Notes: generated by a model not told the origin, from the sequence alone. Counted from the first letter of the stretch, positions 27,001-39,400 are shown. The stretch is 64,000 nucleotides of DNA from Anolis carolinensis (GCF_035594765.1 NC_085844.1:92767923-92831922); one strand, 5' to 3'. Made by a program: numbers and translations.

Positions 27001-27612
27001 TAACCTATTTGTTCAAGCCTGCTATCTGCAATCTGATGGCAGCTTTCAGATAGTTTTAGAAAAGCTGAAGGGAAACAAAGTTAACATATTATAAACCTAA
27101 ACTGGAATAAAACGATTAGATATCTATGAAAAAATAGCTCTTAGGCATAAAAACAAAAATTACTCCAGTGTGAACAGCAAGCAAAATTAATTCAAAATCT
27201 TTGTTTGGTGAGGTGGGCATCAATTGTTCTTTCTTACAAACCACACTAAATCAGGGCTCAACTTTCAAACGTACTATATTATCATACTGGGTTTCTATTT
27301 TATAGACAGAAAACAGATTCAGCAGAAACAACTGGGATATTCAGCCTGCTTTCCATCACTTAGTCAAGCTAATCCCAACAGATCTTGGATGAGGATGTTC
27401 TCAGCATGATAAGAGTAAAATTTTATTTTGCAAGCAAAGGAACTATGAACCCTCATTTAATCCATATGGAATCAAAATGAACCACACTAAATAGCTGGTC
27501 ACTCAAGCCTTAAATTATTGAACTGAACCTACTTTTTTATAATTCCTTAGTGATTTACAGAGGAAGGAGAACTGCAGATCACCACCACGGACTTCTGGAA
27601 AAAACAGACTGA
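5648..27612 (+). CDS. FNDC7: Fibronectin type III domain-containing protein 7, 13 coding exons, 829 aa, signal peptide plus 9 FN3 domains
   Basis: join(5648-5710,7869-7887,9042-9299,14415-14669,15865-16125,16700-16957,18219-18473,19240-19497,21172-21426,23018-23272,25541-25801,26725-26754,27551-27612)=2490 nt, open frame, all GT-AG; motifs APEIPTI..AYSKLSNSIT, VFVKSDDGLEVHCNTS, CPKKIYSVTCSG, VIYRG match recalled FNDC7. Confidence 0.95.
7869..7887 (+). CDS. FNDC7: FNDC7 coding exon 2 (19-nt microexon)
   Basis: T-rich tract + CAG acceptor, VISANT, GTAAAA donor; restores phase 1. Confidence 0.8.
9042..9299 (+). CDS. FNDC7: FNDC7 coding exon 3 (additional N-terminal FN3 domain)
   Basis: 258-nt phase 1-1 exon, FN3 hallmarks (VTSTSLYIRW...SY.V...LTPDTVYTVKVEA), TTTTTTTTCAG acceptor and GTTAGT donor. 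Confidence 0.85.
10868..11005 (+). mobile_element. CR1 LINE 3' fragment
   Basis: Homologous to the CR1 3' ends at 21482 and 39915; ends in TGATTCTAT-like tail. Confidence 0.65.
11212..11600. mobile_element. Tc1/Mariner (Tigger-like) MITE, family B
   Basis: Degenerate TIR CAGGCAGTCCCC...GCCTG with TA flanks; homologous to copies at 44653, 50467, 51597 and the end at 1-19. Confidence 0.7.
12240..12850 (-). mobile_element. Old degraded RTE-type LINE fragments
   Basis: Decayed similarity to the Bov-B fragment at 42473-43223 (e.g. CCAAGCATTACTGTTTT, TCTCATGAT, TCCCCAGCA). Confidence 0.45.
14415..14669 (+). CDS. FNDC7: FNDC7 coding exon 4 (FN3)
   Basis: APEIPTIEQAYSKLSNSITAEW...SKKAKT; 255 nt, AG/GT. 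Confidence 0.95.
15457..15595. mobile_element. Palindromic Harbinger-like MITE (family C)
   Basis: GGCCCCTTCTACA...TAGAAAGGGCC termini and internal ATATAATCCAG/CTGGATT repeats, as in the 40-44 kb cluster. Confidence 0.7.
15865..16125 (+). CDS. FNDC7: FNDC7 coding exon 5 (FN3)
   Basis: VLAAPILAANSPSHDSIVVSW...YNQRT; 261 nt, AG/GT. Confidence 0.95.
16700..16957 (+). CDS. FNDC7: FNDC7 coding exon 6 (FN3)
   Basis: RPRAPGDVQVVFDSGALRA...MAFKT; 258 nt, AG/GT. Confidence 0.95.
18219..18473 (+). CDS. FNDC7: FNDC7 coding exon 7 (FN3)
   Basis: VPCAPESITIEEDEPGSLEVSW...IFNYTT; 255 nt, AG/GT. Confidence 0.95.
18540..18890. mobile_element. Degenerate hAT-type non-autonomous element
   Basis: AGGCCC...GGCC..ATGTGGCCC subterminal motifs typical of hAT MITEs; TIRs eroded. 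Confidence 0.45.
19240..19497 (+). CDS. FNDC7: FNDC7 coding exon 8 (FN3)
   Basis: APCCPSDFNPVFVSSDTIQIVW...KPVAT; 258 nt, AG/GT. Confidence 0.95.
21172..21426 (+). CDS. FNDC7: FNDC7 coding exon 9 (FN3)
   Basis: APCRPEILSVSKDAISVISVYW...SVPLET; 255 nt, AG/GT. Confidence 0.95.
21482..21765 (-). mobile_element. CR1 LINE 3' end
   Basis: Translates to NNGFKLKERRFHLNIRKNFFTVRAVQQWN (CR1 ORF2 C-terminus) followed by ATTCTGTGA-type tail. Confidence 0.9.
23018..23272 (+). CDS. FNDC7: FNDC7 coding exon 10 (FN3)
   Basis: APCCPADLTVTQVTQSVTNISW...GGFSS; 255 nt, AG/GT. Confidence 0.95.
23677..24644. mobile_element. Tc1/Mariner (pogo/Tigger-like) non-autonomous element containing an (AAT)n tract
   Basis: TIR CCGTATATACT..AGTATAAGCC / GGCTTATCTTCGAGTATATACGG with TA flanks; (AAT)n at about 23967-24010. 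Confidence 0.85.
25541..25801 (+). CDS. FNDC7: FNDC7 coding exon 11 (FN3)
   Basis: SACCPSGVQLYRLGNNGIRIHW...CPKKIYS; 261 nt, AG/GT. Confidence 0.95.
26725..26754 (+). CDS. FNDC7: FNDC7 coding exon 12 (30 nt)
   Basis: VTCSGSSVGM, TTTTCTAG acceptor and GTAAGT donor. Confidence 0.9.
27551..27612 (+). CDS. FNDC7: FNDC7 last coding exon
   Basis: VIYRGRRTADHHHGLLEKTD-TGA after CCTTAG acceptor. Confidence 0.88.
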
Positions 27613-29570
27613 AGCAAGTTGGTAAGAATATACCGGTATTAATATTTCAATCATTTTTGTTGGGACAAGCGTTTAATGCTCTTGTATTACCTTTCAGTTC
27701 CATTGGATGCTATATCAACTTTGCTTCTTCAAGCGTCGCAATTTCTCTATAACTGCTGTGGCGGTCACCAGTCAATTACATTGTACAGATTAAAACACAT
27801 ACACCTATCTTGTTACCTTGCAAATTAAACAGTAACTTTTACTGTTTCCATACCATGACATCTGGCCCATGTGTTTGTACTGACTCTTATAAAATGTAAT
27901 AGTCAGATCTATAGTATCTACAGATATTACAGCAGTAAAAAAATGTTATTTGCCTGTAGCAAATGAGTATAATTTTTAAGCTGCTGCATAATAACCACAA
28001 TAGTTTTAACCTCTTCCACCAAGTGAGCCAATTCTGAGAGCCTTTTCTTAATATAATGAAGGGGCCAAAATGTTGAATGTAAATAAAAATACCAGACATC
28101 ACAAAATGGCCAAAATCCACCTCGTTTCCTGGAGGATAGGCAACTTATTTTCACTCTCCTTAGCTGCATATCCAATACCTTGATGAGCATCAGTGAACTG
28201 AAAATATGGTATTTACTAAACAGTATGGAAAAGTTTACTGAAGTATGTGCCTCTTATAACACCATTAGGAGGTTGACCTACCAAATGTGTATACTAGAGG
28301 GAATCTACTCTTTGAACTGGCAATTACTATTTATGAAAAACAAGCCACAAATGACTTTTTTTCCTGGCAATGAACCGGATAGCCACATATAAATTAATCC
28401 AGTCTTTATTCCAGATATTTTATATTTCTTATACAGGTCACTAGAACAAGTCTACCAAACAGATACTACGTTTGTGATATGATTTCTCTTTCAACACTGC
28501 ATTTTTGACATTATCTCACATATAACCAGTGTAGCTACTTTATTCTTGCTGGAGAGAATATGCTTCAGCTCAAGCAGTGGTTTCAGGTCCTTCTAAAAAA
28601 CCAACAACCATAATGCCTTAAAGAAAAGGAGAATAAGGAGATGTTTTGCTTGAAAATATTTTGGAGCTTGAACCTGAAGTTTGCTGATTGACCTTATCTG
28701 GTTTCCCTGACTCAGTTAACTCAGTTTCTTTTCTCATAGGGTTGCTTTAAGGACAACAGAAAAGTGGCATATAAAAAAAAACCCTAGGGATATTGTATTG
28801 AAAAAATGTTTACACGAAGAATACAACCTTACCAGAAAATCTACACAGATATGATACATAGGTGTATCAGTCTTAACAGTGTCCCTAAGAGGTAGCAGCA
28901 ACCTCAGCTATGACAAAGACACCAGAAACAAAACCATAGGCCCTGCATTACTTTGAAAGGCTAATCTAAATGTAAAATTCACTGAGTTTCACAAATAAAC
29001 TGCATTCTGAATGCTTTCCAAGACAAAAGGTACAAATGGACACACGAGTCCTAGAACTGTGACCTTCGTGGATGTTGAATGCACATAAATATTTTAGATA
29101 TAATACATGTTCAAAACCCATCCTTAAAAGCTTCTGCCATACTATTATGCAAAGCTCAGCCATGCTAATTCAGATAGAAACCATAATTCCACATCTATAA
29201 AACAAAGTAGAATTAGTGGCAGTTTTATTGCCGTATACAAATTTAACCAACATGGCAAACCATGCCAAAGGGATTAGAACAGTTTCAGGACATATGTACA
29301 GATTGTACATTTCAGAAACATCTGAACAATTTTTAAAAATGCACAAACAGATTTGCGTCATGAATGTAACTCAACAAATGGGCTGGAATAGTCAACGCGT
29401 TTAATGGGATTACAAAGGCACTTCCCTACTCAAAATAGGAAATGACAATCTGCAGCCTAAAGGGAGGTTGAAGAGTGCTCATCAACTACTGCACAATCTT
29501 AACTTTAAGAAAAAAAATAAGCAAGGTTTCAAAACATTTATAGGATTCAATGTGATCCACTTCTGAACAT

Positions 29571-30423
29571 TCATACAGTCTCATCTTTGTTTTTAGATTG
29601 TTTTTCTTGATTCTCTCGTTCTGTGCTTTGGCTTCGGCGATTGTGTTTGTTTGAGTGGTCCTTATCACTGTGGTCATGTTTGTGAGAACGTTCTTTGCTT
29701 TTGCTACGTTTTCGTGACCTCTCTTTACTGGGGCTACGGTCTCGCTTTCGGGACTTTTCACTACTATCAGTTCTTCCTCTGCTTCTACTTCTGCTCCGTT
29801 TATTTGATTTCTCTTTACTTTCACTCTTGTGTTTACTCAATTTCTCTTTACTCCTGCTTCTGCTGTGCTTGCCAGCATTCCTACTCACACTTCTACTTCT
29901 ATGCTTCCGATCTCTACTTCGGCTTCTACTGTGTCTCCTCTCTTTTTTGGAATCTCTCTTTTCCTCTCTATGTCTCCTTTCATCTTTTTCATCTTTGTGC
30001 CTCCTCTCATCTATTTCACTTTTGCTTTTTCTGTCTTTTGATTTTTCTCTTGAGCGATCTCTCTCTCTGGATCGCTCTCTCTCTCTTTCAATGCCTCTGT
30101 CTTTATCATAGTCGCGCTCCTTCTTTCTACTGCGTTCATTTTCTTTCTCCCTCTCCCTGTCCCTCTCTCTTCTGTCTCCTTTTCGGTCACGGCTTCGACT
30201 CCTGTGCCTCTCTCGGCTTCTGCTTCGACGACGTTCTAACGTTCGATCAGAACTTCGGGACTGTCGCCTCTCCCTCTCCTTGGCTTCCCGTTCTTGCCTT
30301 TGCCGCTCTCTTTCTCTTTCCAATTCTCTATCAAAACTGGATGATCCACGGCCTTCTCGGTGACGACTTCTGCTTCTTGATCTTCTAGGTGACCTCCTGG
30401 GACTCAAGGACCTCCTTGGAGAC
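29571..30423 (-). CDS. PRPF38B: PRPF38B coding exon 6 (RS/RE-rich domain)
   Basis: SPRRSLSPRRSPRRSRSRS...KNKDETV-TGA after TGTAG acceptor. Confidence 0.95.
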
Positions 30424-33400
30424 CTACATGAAAACAAATGCTTAAGAAATTCAGCTTTTCCAACAAGGATTCTAGCAAAGATATATCTATCCTTTCCTTA
30501 TTTTGCAGCCATTTATTACATAGTGGTATACTTGTCAAATTTATATAAATGTTAATAACAACTCCAATATTTGTTGGGCTTTTGACACGGATAGAAATAA
30601 CTGCACTACATCTGGCATAAGGTATAGAAGGGTGAACAGAAATAGACAAACTTTTAAACAATTTTTTTGTGCATCATTACTCCTGTTGATTGTTTGGATT
30701 CATAAAAAGAACACTGGAGTAGGTAATTATCCAACAAAGCAATAGTGCATTTTCAAGAGAGCTTAATAATGGTTTCAATTGTTATATGCTGAACTGCTCT
30801 CATTGCCGAATTTGAAAACTCTGGGACAGCAGAGGATCCCAACACAGAAAAGACAAGTTATAAATGCCTGGAATCATTCCATCCCAGATAATGGAAACTG
30901 AGAATTTGTGCCAGCAGATTTCCTAGCTTAAATTTTGCTTCAGCAATGAAAACACTATCATCATCATAAAAGGATATGTAAGGATTACTGAGACAATGTG
31001 AAGCTATTCGAACATTCCAGACTGCTACTGTTTTAGAAGGCAGTGTTGTAAGGATATAGGACAGAATATTTTGATTATGTGAAATTACAGGAGTTAAGAA
31101 CATGTCTGTTAAGCAAAGATTTTTTAAAGTTAATGTATAACCTTGAACGTCTACGCTCTGTGTGTCTGTCTACTTCTTCTACTCCCTCCTTGCCGTCCTT
31201 CTTGATTTTTCTAGGTCTGGCTTTTATTTGTTGATCTATGTTCTTCTGGACTGGTACAGGAATTCTTGGAAATAATGTAGAAAACCATTCGAGCTTAGTA
31301 AGGAAGGAACGCAGCATTTCTCCAATGGTCATGACACAGCCTCCACCAGCTTTCACATCGAGATCCTTCATAAAGCAAACACAAAACAAAACAAATTCTG
31401 ATTGTGAGGAACCACCTATTTGTTTTTAAAACAATACTGCCACCCTAATTGCAATCTTCTAAGTTTCAAATACGATTACTAAGGTTCTTTTGCTGTAAAG
31501 TTGTCGCCTCAGAACATCAACTCTTGTAACCTTTGCATTTGGTCATATGTTACAGCCTAGGAGATTGATTTAATGAAAATGCATGCAGGTACATATACCA
31601 ATCCTGCTGCTGGATAGTAACGGGTCCATTTCTTAAGCAATTAGCATGAAATCCCCTATTCAGCTGTTTCGGGTGCTATCGTCTTGTTATGCTACTGCAC
31701 AAAATGGAACGTAATTTGGTCTAAATTAAAACCTCATTTTGAGGACAGAAGTCACAATTCAGCACTGTGGCCTAACTAAAAGTGATCAGAAAAGTCTGTA
31801 GTACAAAATGGACCCCATCTACATTGGAAGCAATAGCAAACCAACTGCCATGAAGCAGTGAGGTTTCTAATTTAGAGTTATGCAAAAAATAAATAAAGGA
31901 ACAAATAATTGGAAACTCATAATCCATGATGNNNNNNNNNNNNNNNNNNNNNNNNNNNNNNNNNNNNNNNNNNNNNNNNNNNNNNNNNNNNNNNNNNNNN
32001 NNNNNNNNNNNNNNNNNNNNNNNNNNNNNNNNNNNNNNNNNNNNNNNNNNNNNNNNNNNNNNNNNNNNNNNNNNNNNNNAGAAAACTAAATGTAAAACTG
32101 CTTGCACACACACACACTGAAGTGCTCAGATACAGTTTTTCCAAATAAAATGGCTAGACAAGAGATCTAAAGAAGGAAATATATTAGCTGAAATGTGGCA
32201 CCTGAAAGGTACATTCAGAAATAGAGTATTTAACAAATATCAGAATGAGTCAAACCATTAACCGGTTTAGGCAGATGCACTGAGGGAGCATATTGATCTA
32301 CTTTCACATCTTCAAAAGTGGTGGAATGAGGGAAATACAACAAATGGAAATTATCTCTCAGTGCTACTGCAGTTTAATTTAGTTATATGGAAAACAGCAA
32401 AAATGATATTCTAAGCCAGATATTAAGAGACTGAGTGTATCTTATTTAAAACTTTTAAAAACCCAGTCTATTGTAGTAGGAATTAGAACATCAGACTGTA
32501 CTATGATTCCCCATTGAGAATATTTGGTGAATTCTATAAAGTATAACACACTTACTGTGAAAAATGCAAGATTAAATATTTATTTTGTTTTTGTTTCCTG
32601 GTCTGTTAGCCTCAGTCTACCAATTCCTCCTGCTGCAAAGCACTTGGATTCATGATACATTAAATCCACTTTCAACTATTTTGAGGGTATATGAATGGCA
32701 TTTAATTATTGTTCATGGCAATCTTGCAAAGCATCCAAGATGGCAAAGGTTTTACTTCTCATCATTAAAAAGTTTTTCTTTAATCCTTTCCAACCTAAAG
32801 ACATTTAACTCATTTCTATTAATATGTCAGAAAAAAAGAAAAAAGAAAACAAAGTATTACCCTTGTTGACATACCTCCTCATCATCAAGAAAGGATTCAA
32901 ACCAGTCCCATAAATCTGTTGGAGGCTGTGTGTACCTTCAAAATAAAAAATAGTGTAAATCAATGGTATTTTCTATGAAGGTATTTACTTGAAAATTAAT
33001 TATATTGCTGCTTACCTAATATACATGAATCCAAGGGCCCTAATATAAGGAGAGTCTGTATGTGTTATCAGCCCCATCACTTGCTTACGGGTTAGCTTCA
33101 GGGTAAATAACTTGTAGAGGAGACAAAAGGCTGTAGATACTATACCACCAGTTCCAACACCACGCACCTTTAAATATTGGGAAGAAAGGGAAAAAGTATT
33201 CAACCTAACTTTCTTTTCATTTATATGTAAAATATTCATGTATGTTTTTCTAACCACTCAAAACTTTGAGACAATCTGATCCAGCCACAGGTAATATAGC
33301 AGATAACCCATGACTAGCATTTGCTGAAGCTGAAAAGCCTCTTCAGGTTACAAAATATGCAATCTTTACAGGTGGGAAGAAAATGTAATCTTTCCACCCA

Positions 33401-36400
33401 CTGCACAAAAAGTAATCCTGCCAAATAGGGAACGTGTGCATGTTTATACTAATGACTCCAGTTCAAAAGATCTGCCTAAATAGATAAGGGTTTAAATTTG
33501 TTCTTTTAAGACAAGGTTTTAAAACTGAAGTCAGTATTAGATAGGACATTATTTCCTATATTTCAAATATAATACTTATACCAAGTCCAGATTGTCTTGG
33601 AAATATTTCTATTTATCTTCTTTTTTTTTTACTTATTTTAACATGGCAGTTCAATAACAAGTTTTAACATTTTAAAATGCACTTATGAATATTTCACATT
33701 AATTTAAATACTCTAAACACTTTCTATTAGATATACAGACTTTTTTTGTTATAACCACTTGAAAAGCCTTAAAATTGCCCAACTTCATATTGCACCTATT
33801 CACTTTGTTACTAATTAATGTTATAAAAATGTGCTTTCAAAAATGAAAAAATATCCACAGCGAAACATATCCGATACCACTGGTTTCCATGGAAAGATTC
33901 CCATTCCACATCACTGGCTTACATGCATGCCATATGGCCAGAACCTGTTTGTGTACAAGGTTCTATTTACAACTATGGTTAAGGGCTTCCTCTTGTACAT
34001 AGCTCTAGGTCATATTTTCTTTTTTCCTAGCTACTACGGCAACAAATCAGTCAAAGTAACTGTCAAGAACTCAATCTCATCAATAATAAGAACTTGTTGA
34101 GACATTTCAGCAGACTAATTTACCAATTTCAATTAAGGTTTGTGACACTGTATTTTTCTTTTTCCATAGATTTGGCAAAACACACATTTGTAGCTACCAT
34201 ATAGAAAACTCCAAGAATTCAGAAGGCACGTACTTCTACTTACCCCTCCGCACATCCCTGTCTGGCCTGCCGTTTTTCTGCTTCCTTTCTCCCAAGGCTC
34301 AACATGTGTAACCTAAAAACAATAAACAAATTAATCAAACACAATATATAGTAATTTTAAATTTACATTTTAAAAACCACTGAGTGAGAAACACACTTGC
34401 TTTGTATTTTAATATAAATGAAGTTTATGAAAATGAAGACTGCTGCTTAAGTAAAGCAATTCTGAGAATCATGTCCAGATATATACAAATCAGATTACAA
34501 TCAGCTAAGTAAAAGTATAGGGAAAACTAAACATTAGTCTAAAGAACTCATGACAGAAATATGTTGGCAACTGCAGGTGGCTTAAATGACCTTAAACAGG
34601 TTGTCCAGTCTCACAGAACAGGTCTATCAATGGTTTTGTAGCTGTAAAAGTTAAATGGGATCCTCAGATTCAAAGAAAATGTCTCTGAAGGACAGTTGCT
34701 ACTTGGTTACTGAGAACCCAAAACAACAAAAAAGCTTATTTACATAAATAAAATCCAACAGACACAGAAAAGCTCATTCAAAACAAAAGAGATAAAAGCT
34801 GTTATTGAATTATTTTATTTTTATTTACATCCCACCTTTCTCCCCATGGGGACTCAAGGCAGCTAACAAATCCCACACTTTGGTGATAGTTTAAAAAGCA
34901 CAATACATTAAAAAATGAATTAAAACAAATGTAAATAATATAGTGTGGATTAAGGTAAAAACATAGTAAAATATTATAAATACATTAAAATAGCCTTTAA
35001 AACTCACAACCCTCCCCAAATCACATCCACATTTCCACAACAGCATGCCCCTTGTTCTTCCCGAATGCCTGCTAGCAGAAGATCTTGATCTGCTTGTGGT
35101 TTAGAAATTTATATTTTCTATTTAAATCCTATTTTTGAAAGGAACTGATGGTCAAATGTGCAATACAATTTTTTTTATTTTTGTTCCAGCTTATACATAA
35201 ACATAATGGGAGTGTAGAACTTCAGATCTAGTTATAGATTTTAATGACACTGTCTGATTACGTATTTTTCTATCCTTTTTCCTTCTGAAAAGCAAGCAGA
35301 ATATTAATTTCAAGTATTCTTAAGTTCTAGCCTTTGGGTGCCCCATTCAGGACCCATCACAATGTCTATTCAGATGAATCTGATAGCCATTCTGTCTGTT
35401 CTTCTAAGTTACCAAACAAATTTAATACCAATGTATTAAGAGACCCATGAAATCTGCAAGCACATACTATTTACTGAATATATTCATGTATAAGTTGGTC
35501 TCATATATCAGTCGAAGGCAGTTTTTGGGTCCAAAATTATAGGTATTGATATGACCCATGGATAAGTCAGGCATCATTCTGCAGAGAGGGATGCCAGTTC
35601 TCCTTTTAGAGTCTCCTGGGATGAACGAAGCTCTCGCCTTTTGCCACATTAATCAGAGAAGGGAATGGCTCCTTTTTTATAAGAGTTAATGTACAGCAGT
35701 GACATTGACTCGTGGAAAACTCCTGCTCATCTTCCAAAATCAGATGACGTTTCGTGTGTAGAGGCCTAAATCCAATTATTAGCCTGAAACCCGTTGAGTC
35801 AGTATAACTTGCACAGCTGCTGACTTATAAGGTCCCGAATGTGGGTCTATGTTTGAGATCTGAAAGCCTGAGGGGAAAATGGAAAATTGGAAGCCACCTT
35901 TTTCTGAAAAAAAAATTGAGTGTGAGGGTTATGGATATTTTCTTTCAGAATGATGAATAATATGACTTAGACAAGATATTTACATATCTGATGTCCCAAA
36001 ACCGTATCTAAAAACTAGGCAGGAAGAAGCCTTATTTAAGGCAATGTACAATATAAAAACATTACAACAGCTGGTCTTTCAGTGTCTATGGGAATAAGTG
36101 TGTTATATTTGCTTGACACTATGGGGAATTAGTTTTATTGATTTTTCCATGTTTTTATTGTTTTTTTTTACGTCTGCTCCCGAAACACATGAGTGTGCCC
36201 AACCCACTCACTACTAACAGCACCATGTAATTTGTTCATACTGGTGACTAAGCAAGCATTAGCAACCAGAGTCCATATGAACAGCCCTCATGTATTACCC
36301 CTGCATGCTTAATGGAAAGGGCAATGGGAAAAATGCCTTGCTGGCACTTGGCGGAAGATGAAGAGGGGGCATGCTGTGCAAGCTGGATACCCAAAAGAAG

Positions 36401-39400
36401 TGTGGTGGTGGAGACACAACAAAGCATTCAAGGTTGAGAACTTGTTCATATGGACTTGCACTGTTAAGTTCATATGCTAGGAAGATTGTCTACAGGTTTC
36501 AAGACCGCATGTGGATAGCAAAAAATGATGGAATCTAGCATACGGCAACAATAAAGGCAAGCCGCAGATGCCAAGCACGTACTCACTGATTCACCTGCTT
36601 CTACCTTCAAGGTGGTGGTTCTACTCATTTGGCCATAAGGCAGAAATAGGCAATTGGAGTGTTCTCGGGAGGCAGGGGAGCATATAAAATGTGTGCCTTG
36701 CAGCTGTGGCTTACTGCTGCCTCCACTTTCCCAGTTTAATTTTCAAGACCTACATACAATGTATGTTATATATGACTATTATATCATTATTTACTAATAG
36801 AAAAGAAATGTGATCTAATATCCATAACCTATACATCCCTAGATGTTGAAAACTGTTGAATTGTACAGTAATATATTTTAATATTCATATCTATACCACA
36901 GTCCAAAAATGTCTTAATTGTGTTTTAAACCAATCCACCGTAATTTTTAAATTAGTCATGTTGGGGAACTGCTGGTACATAGTTAGAATTACAGTTGTAG
37001 CCCCACATTGACATTTATCATATTATTAAGACCTTTCCATGGGCAAATCTATTTTCAACAAAAGGCCATTCATGGAGGCAATCTCTTGGTACTCTTTTCT
37101 TATGGCCTCTAACTACCTAAGCTCAGTTGTCCAATTATAAATGTATAAAGCTACCAAGCTACTGCTTTTTCATCCTGAGACTGGGGGATGGCACAGCACC
37201 AATTACATACAGGTTTGTGCCATTTAGGCATGGAACCACAGAACTAGGAAACTGGTGTTTTTTTGGCCCAGTAAAACACCTGACTCCCTTCGCAACTGTG
37301 ACCTTTCAACAAAGGCAAGTCTTTGTCTGTAACATGTTGCTGAACTTCAAAGGAACACAGAAGTTTGTTCTGACTGCAGCTGAAAAACATCTCACTTTTT
37401 GACAGCTGTTGCAAAAACTTCAATCCATCCCAAGCTTCCAAGAAAGATAAAGCACTTGCCAAAATATAAAATACGTAAATCAGTATGGCAAGTGCAAAAA
37501 CGAAACCCTGGCATTATTCTGAACTTGTTTTGCTAAACAGCTGGCTGCTATGTCAGACAGTAACTAGCTCTGTGAATTGTATGTGTGATGTGGGATTCAG
37601 CATTGGGCTCAGCTGCTAACGTATGCAATAATTCTGGACTACTCTAGGCTGACTATGCAAGCTTAAACAGTTCAGTGTAAACTGGAATTAGGGTAATTTC
37701 TAGCATGATCATATCACAGAACAGTCATTTTCAACTTTCATATGATGGAACCCTTGAAACGATGTTCAGATTTCACAAAATGGCTAGATAAAAATAAGGT
37801 TCACAGATAAAAAGGTGTTTTTTCAGTCACAGTCTCTCACAGAAACCTAGGGTTCCAGGGAACTCTGGCTAAGAAATTTTGGCATAGGAAATAATGCAGC
37901 ACTATTCTTATTCTATGGAAGTAATATGAGTAGCTCAAGGCTACTTAGGAGACACTACTGTGTGAAGGAACCACAGTGTAGGTAATGTCCACATGGCCCA
38001 AGATAAAAGTGCCTTACTTGGTGATATTGTGCACAGATCTACAAATAGACAATTGCTCTTCTGATCCTTGACATTGCACTATAAAATCCCATAATACCCA
38101 CCTGAAAGCTTTTGAATAAAATGCATAGTGAATTTCTGTCCACTTCATTTTTTGATTCTGGCAGCCTTTGACTAATCCCAATGATAAAAATCTGGGCTTC
38201 AGTTTGCTCAACCCTATTATATAGGGCTACATGGGTATATCAAATTTTTCTATTATGTAGTAACTGGCTATGAACAATGCAAACAATAGTGAGAAACTTC
38301 AGCCCTTAGAAGGTCTCTGTGCCCACCCAAAAGGGGGGGGGGGGCAGTTGAAAGTCCATTTCTTATTTTGAAAAAGTTGTATTTTTCATATTTAGGAGCA
38401 AAAGGGGATTCTCCAAATTCAGAACATTCCATTTCGATTTGAGAATAAAGGTCTTACTGGACAGAAATGGGAAGATCTGAAGACCACACATATGAAACTA
38501 AACGGATACTACTACCAACATTAGAAATGTGTATAATGTTTGTGGCAGTACCCTGTTTTGGTTTGACATGTATTAACTAGTATGCCTCAAATGTAAATTT
38601 CTGAGAATTAATGATGTCAAAACACTCTGTGATATCATTGTCCATCACACTTCTACAGAAGATCATGTATGTTTTGTATGTATTTGTGCTAAGATTAGTA
38701 TGGGGTGATTAAGACTGAAATCCCCATTCAGTCATGAATCTTTCAGGATTATCTGGCCCTTGATGATTTTAGTCTGCTATAACGATATATTGGGCGGCGG
38801 GGGGGGGGGGGGGGGGGGGTTGAATGCTAGTTTAAGTTCTTTGGAAGAATGGTGGGATTAAAAAATAGTAAATAAATCAATTATTTGCCACCACTACATA
38901 TCATTTTACATTAAGGGTTCCTAGAATTCTCAATCTAACACAAGCATTTGGAATATTTAGTGATATAATACTCTCAAAAAATATCTCCCATGCTTGACAT
39001 GGCACAAAAGAACAATTGCCCTGAAACCAAATTGGTAAAGGGACAAAAGGTTGCTCCAGAGCCTGAGTAAAAGGACTAGATTTCAAATCTAAACCCACTC
39101 TTTGACTGCACAGCTTTCGACTACAACACACAAACAACAGTGATAAGTGTCCTGAGGCATATACAGTAATTTAGCTACAAAGCAAAGACAAAATATAGGA
39201 GAGACTTGAGCTCCCAGTGCCAAATTATACATTTATTCACGCAAAGCACAAGAAATTATCTATTTAATAGAAGATAATGTGATTATGAGAAGAAAAGCAA
39301 AAGCAGACATTCAGGCAAAATACCCAACATAGAATTAAGCAAACACACACTGTACACAAATGTAAGACAGCTACCCCACAAATACAGCCTCTCCCATTCC

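Noticed and set aside
29486-30388. Long alternative-frame and antisense ORFs (245 aa, 138 aa, 112 aa)
   Set aside because: Shadows of the low-complexity RS/RE exon of PRPF38B
31772-32144. ORFs containing X runs (also 60634-60951)
   Set aside because: Artefacts of assembly gaps
38018-38038. Possible 21-nt in-frame microexon (ICAQYHQ) in PRPF38B intron 1
   Set aside because: Only splice-like dinucleotides support it; would interrupt the conserved PRP38 domain; chance match likely
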